Assembly: GCF_000008625.1 (NCBI RefSeq)
Contig: NC_000918.1
Coordinates: 1,080,001-1,112,000, forward strand
Direction: 5' to 3'
Source of the DNA: Aquifex aeolicus VF5
Lineage (GTDB): Bacteria; Aquificota; Aquificia; Aquificales; Aquificaceae
DNA length: 32,000 nucleotides
Shown: piece after piece, positions 28,801-32,000 of the stretch
How positions within the stretch are numbered: the stretch's first letter is position 1
How the letters are laid out: each line of letters begins with the position of its first letter
Notes under the pieces: generated by a model
Database searches by the model: none
What the model was told of the DNA's origin: nothing
The model's input: the letters and a program-made list of their open reading frames with translations, nothing else
Translations under genes and position numbers: made by a program

Positions 28801-30299
28801 TAGCTCAGCTCATTCACGACCTCAAGCAGGCTAACCCCTTTGCTAGAGTGTGCGTGAAACTCGTTGCTGAAAGGGGGGTTGGAACGATAGCCGCGGGAGT
28901 TGCAAAGGCTTACGCGGACGTAGTTCAAATAAGCGGTGCGGAAGGCGGCACGGGAGCCTCTCCTTACTCGTCTATTAAGAACGCGGGTAATTACTGGGAA
29001 ATCGGACTAACTGAAACCCAGAGAGTTTTAATGGAAAACCACCTGAGGGACAAGATAAGGGTAAGGGTGGACGGCGGCTTCAGAACCGGAAAAGACGTCG
29101 TAATAGCAGCACTCATGGGAGCTGAGGAGTTTGGTTTTGGAACAGCGGCTATGATAGCGGAAGGTTGCGTAATGGCAAGGATTTGCCACACGAACAGGTG
29201 TCCCACCGGAGTGGCAACTCAGGACCCCAACTACAGGAAAAAGTTTAAGGGCAAAGTTGAAAACGTTATGGCTTACTTCAAAGCAGTGGCACAGGAAGTG
29301 AGAGAAATCCTAGCGGAAATGGGATACAGAAGCCTTGACGAAATAATCGGAAGAACGGACCTCCTTGAAGTAGTAAGGTATGACGAGTTCCCCGGTTCCA
29401 AGAGGATAAAAGTCGAAGCTCTCCTTGAAAAGTATCCCGAAAACGAACCCAGAAGGTGCATGGTGGAGAAAAACGACAATCCCGCTCCAAACTTCAACGA
29501 CAAGATACTTGAGGATCTTCTCCCTTACATAGAAGAAGGAATTCCCGTGGAAAAGGAGTACACCATAAGGAACGTGGACAGAACGATACCTACGAAGATA
29601 AACTACTTCATCTCCCTCTTCTACGGAGATAGGGGACTACCGGAGGACACTATAAAACTCACCTTCAGGGGAACCGCAGGACAGAGCTTCGGAGCCTTCA
29701 ACCACAGGGGTGTGAGCCTTACGCTTATCGGAGACGCAAACGACTACGTAGGAAAAGGAATGTACGGCGGGAGGATTGTGATAATTCCCGACGGCGTAAA
29801 AGAAACGGATAAAAACGTTATTATGGGCAATACATGCCTTTACGGAGCCACGGGAGGAGAACTATTCGCTGCAGGTGTTGCGGGTGAGAGGTTCGCGGTA
29901 AGAAATAGCGGTGCAACGGCGGTAATAGAGGGTGCGGGTCTTCACTGCTGTGAATACATGACGGGAGGTGTTGTAGTAGTTCTCGGAAAAGTGGGCTTTA
30001 ACCTCGGAGCGGGAATGACCGGCGGACACGCCTACGTCCTTGACGATGAACTCGATAAAAAGCTCAACTACGCCTATGTTTACGCAAGAAGATTGGTGGG
30101 AGAAGAAGAAATTAAGGAGCTCAGAGAGTTAATTGAAAAACACTACGAGTACACAAAGAGCCCGAAGGCTAAGGAAATTCTGGAAAACTGGGAAGAATAC
30201 GTGAAGAAGTTCTGGAAGGTCATTCCCTTGGAGCAGTGTTCCAGAGACCCCTACGGTGATTCCGACGCTTGCGAAGTAGAGTTCCTCGGAAGGAAATAA
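25818..30299 (+). CDS. gltB: Glutamate synthase large subunit
   Basis: Short propeptide MWQEYDS then nucleophile [44 protein letters not shown]; FMN domain; 3Fe-4S motif [19 protein letters not shown]; C-terminal GXGXG-type beta-helix. Confidence 0.97.
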   Translation: [1493 protein letters not shown]

Positions 30300-31405
30300 A
30301 GTCCTTAGCCTTTGCCCTTTACGACACCGGGGAGACCATCCTCGGTGCCCTCGTTGTTTCTACCTTCTTTCCCTTATTTATCACAAAACACATAGACGTT
30401 AAAATCTACAGCCTGAGCTATGGAATTTCCTTACTCGCTTCCTTTGCACTTGCCATATTTTTGGGCAAGCTTGCCGACGAAAATGCACTCAGGAAAAAGT
30501 TCTTTACCCTGTTTTCCCTTCTGACTTCCCTATTTTTGAGCTCCATAGCCCTTTTATACGGAACGCCCTATCTCGCACTCCTTTCCTTCCTACTTATGCT
30601 CATCTCGCACCAGCAGGCGATGGTCTTTTACAACTCCCTTCTTCTGAACTTTGAAAACAAAGGCTTTGCTTCGGGACTCGGAGTATCCTTCGGATACGTA
30701 GGCTCTGCGATAGCCCTTATATTTCTAGCAGACAAACTAAAAGAGCCAGAAGTTTACGCAGTGGTAGGATTGATATTCCTGATTTTGGCTGTGCCTTCGA
30801 TAATTACCTTGGAAAATCCTGAAATCTCTGCAAAGATTTCCCTGAAAGAAATTTTCGGAGACAGAACCTTTCTCCTCTTTTTACTCTCTCTTTTAACTTT
30901 AACGGAGGTTGCAAACACCTTAATCGCTATGATGGGGGTTTATCTCAGGGAAGTTTACTCTTTGGAGAGTGTAGAAATTTACAGAATTATCGGGTTTTCA
31001 GCTCTGGGAGGGGTTTTAGGGGGCATCTTCTGGGGCGTTTTGACAGATAAACTAAATGTAAACAGGGTATTCCCTTTAGGTTTTTTCCTCTGGTCTTTCT
31101 TCTTTATACTTCTGTTTTTTGCAAAGAAAGATTACCTGATTTTCGTTGGGCTTTTGGCGGGTTTTTCACTAGCACACCTCTGGAGCACTTCACGGGTTTA
31201 CATCCTTGAGAACTTTCCAAAAGAGAGCGTTTCTGTGAGGATGTCCTTCCTCTCTTTAACTGAACGTGTAGCTTCAAGCTTCGGGCTCTTTTTGTGGAGT
31301 TTTTTCCTGTTTATTACGCAGGACAACTTCAGACTCTCAGCTCTTCTTATGGGAACTTTGCCTTTAATTGGTTTTTTCATTTACTTAAAAACGAAGTTAG
31401 ATTAA
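30269..31405 (+). CDS. MFS transporter, UMF1-like
   Basis: About 12 hydrophobic segments; N-terminal [31 protein letters not shown] resembles UMF1-family start. Overlaps gltB by 31 nt; start codon (TTG) uncertain. Confidence 0.8.
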
Positions 31406-31449
31406 AAAAAAATGCAATCACTAAAACTTTTCTCACTAATATTTATAAT

Positions 31450-31680
31450 ATGGGCTACAAGGAACTACTTCTGGAATGCCAGAAACTCCTGAACGAAGGA
31501 GACTTTGAGGGAATGATAAAAAAACTTGAAGAACTCTCAAAGATGGAACCCTCTTCAAAAGAGGAAGCTGAAGAAAGCTTAAAACTTCTGGACTTCCTTA
31601 TAGAAGAAGTGAAGAAGAGACAAGAAGAGATATTCAACAAGATGGTAAATTACCAGAAGTTTAAAAATTACCTGAGGTAA
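31450..31680 (+). CDS. Small helical protein, 76 aa
   Basis: ATG at 31450 ([76 protein letters not shown]); the longer ORF start at 31294 lies inside the MFS gene. Confidence 0.75.
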
Positions 31681-31684
31681 GAGG

Positions 31685-32000
31685 ATGTACTTTTACGATA
31701 TCAACAACGAGAAGAGACTCTGGCTTCACCTTCACGGACTTGCGACAAACGTCCTCGGAAGGAAGATAGAGTTTTTGAGGAATTACTTTAAGGAAAAGAA
31801 GCTTTATTCGTTTTTTGCGAATGATATGGACTACGAAAAGCACACAACTACAAACACCTTGGATTTTTTGGAAGTTCTCGTCAGAGGATTTTCCCAGAAG
31901 TTTGAAGAAATTACCCTTTGCGGGAGTTCCCACGGCGGTTACATAGCGATGAACTATGTAAGGAAAAGGCCTCTCTTTAATGTAAAGAGACTCGTCTTAC
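31685..32000 (+). CDS. YqiA/UPF0227-like alpha/beta-hydrolase (esterase), truncated by window end
   Basis: Read directly: MYFYDINNEKRLWLHLHGLATNVLGRKIEFLRNYFKEKK...EEITLCGSSHGGYIAMNYVRKRPLFNVKRLVL. Oxyanion HLHGLATN and nucleophile elbow GSSHGG. Absent from ORF track because no stop occurs in the window. Confidence 0.85.
   Translation, partial: MYFYDINNEKRLWLHLHGLATNVLGRKIEFLRNYFKEKKLYSFFANDMDYEKHTTTNTLDFLEVLVRGFSQKFEEITLCGSSHGGYIAMNYVRKRPLFNVKRLVL

Noticed and set aside
31661-31933. 90 aa ORF overlapping the end of the small protein gene and the truncated hydrolase
   Set aside because: The + strand reading from 31685 encodes a recognisable esterase with GSSHGG; this ORF lies antisense to it.
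1-32000. CRISPR arrays, transposases, phage genes, defence islands
   Set aside because: Looked for regularly spaced repeats and transposase, integrase, nuclease or Cas motifs; none seen. The region reads as core metabolism and envelope genes.
1-32000. tRNA and rRNA genes
   Set aside because: No tRNA T-loop motif (GGTTCGAATCC-like) in a non-coding gap of sufficient length, and no rRNA conserved segment recognised by eye. A tRNAscan-SE run would settle this.

Overview
This is a gene-dense bacterial chromosomal segment with Aquificales-like character (recognised from protein content as resembling Aquifex aeolicus; inference, not a database result). I find no mobile element, CRISPR array, rRNA or tRNA. 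The + strand carries a biotin-carboxylase-partner subunit (PycB/CfiA/OadA-like), holB, a PSP1/RicT protein, a short RlmN-like radical SAM enzyme and an Mla-type lipid transport cluster. The - strand then carries an M24 peptidase, aroA, a FliN-like protein and ispG. Next on the + strand are a dolichol-kinase-like protein, a GT9 heptosyltransferase and an uncharacterised protein with three internal repeats. The - strand then carries kdsD/kpsF, ppa, trpA, an OsmC-like protein, a c-type cytochrome, fabI and a DhnA-type aldolase. The + strand finishes with a cysteine synthase, a tightly coupled four-gene unit (LapA/LapB-like fusion, MglA-type GTPase, protein with three DUF4388/PATAN-like modules, MsbA-like exporter), gltB, an MFS transporter, a small protein and a truncated esterase. 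The best candidates for something undescribed are: (1) the LapAB-like/MglA/PATAN/MsbA-like unit, a Ras-like GTPase embedded in an apparent envelope operon; (2) the 474-477 aa protein with three repeats resembling CsbD; (3) an RlmN/Cfr-like enzyme without its N-terminal domain; (4) a structured 188-nt gap between trpA and ppa.
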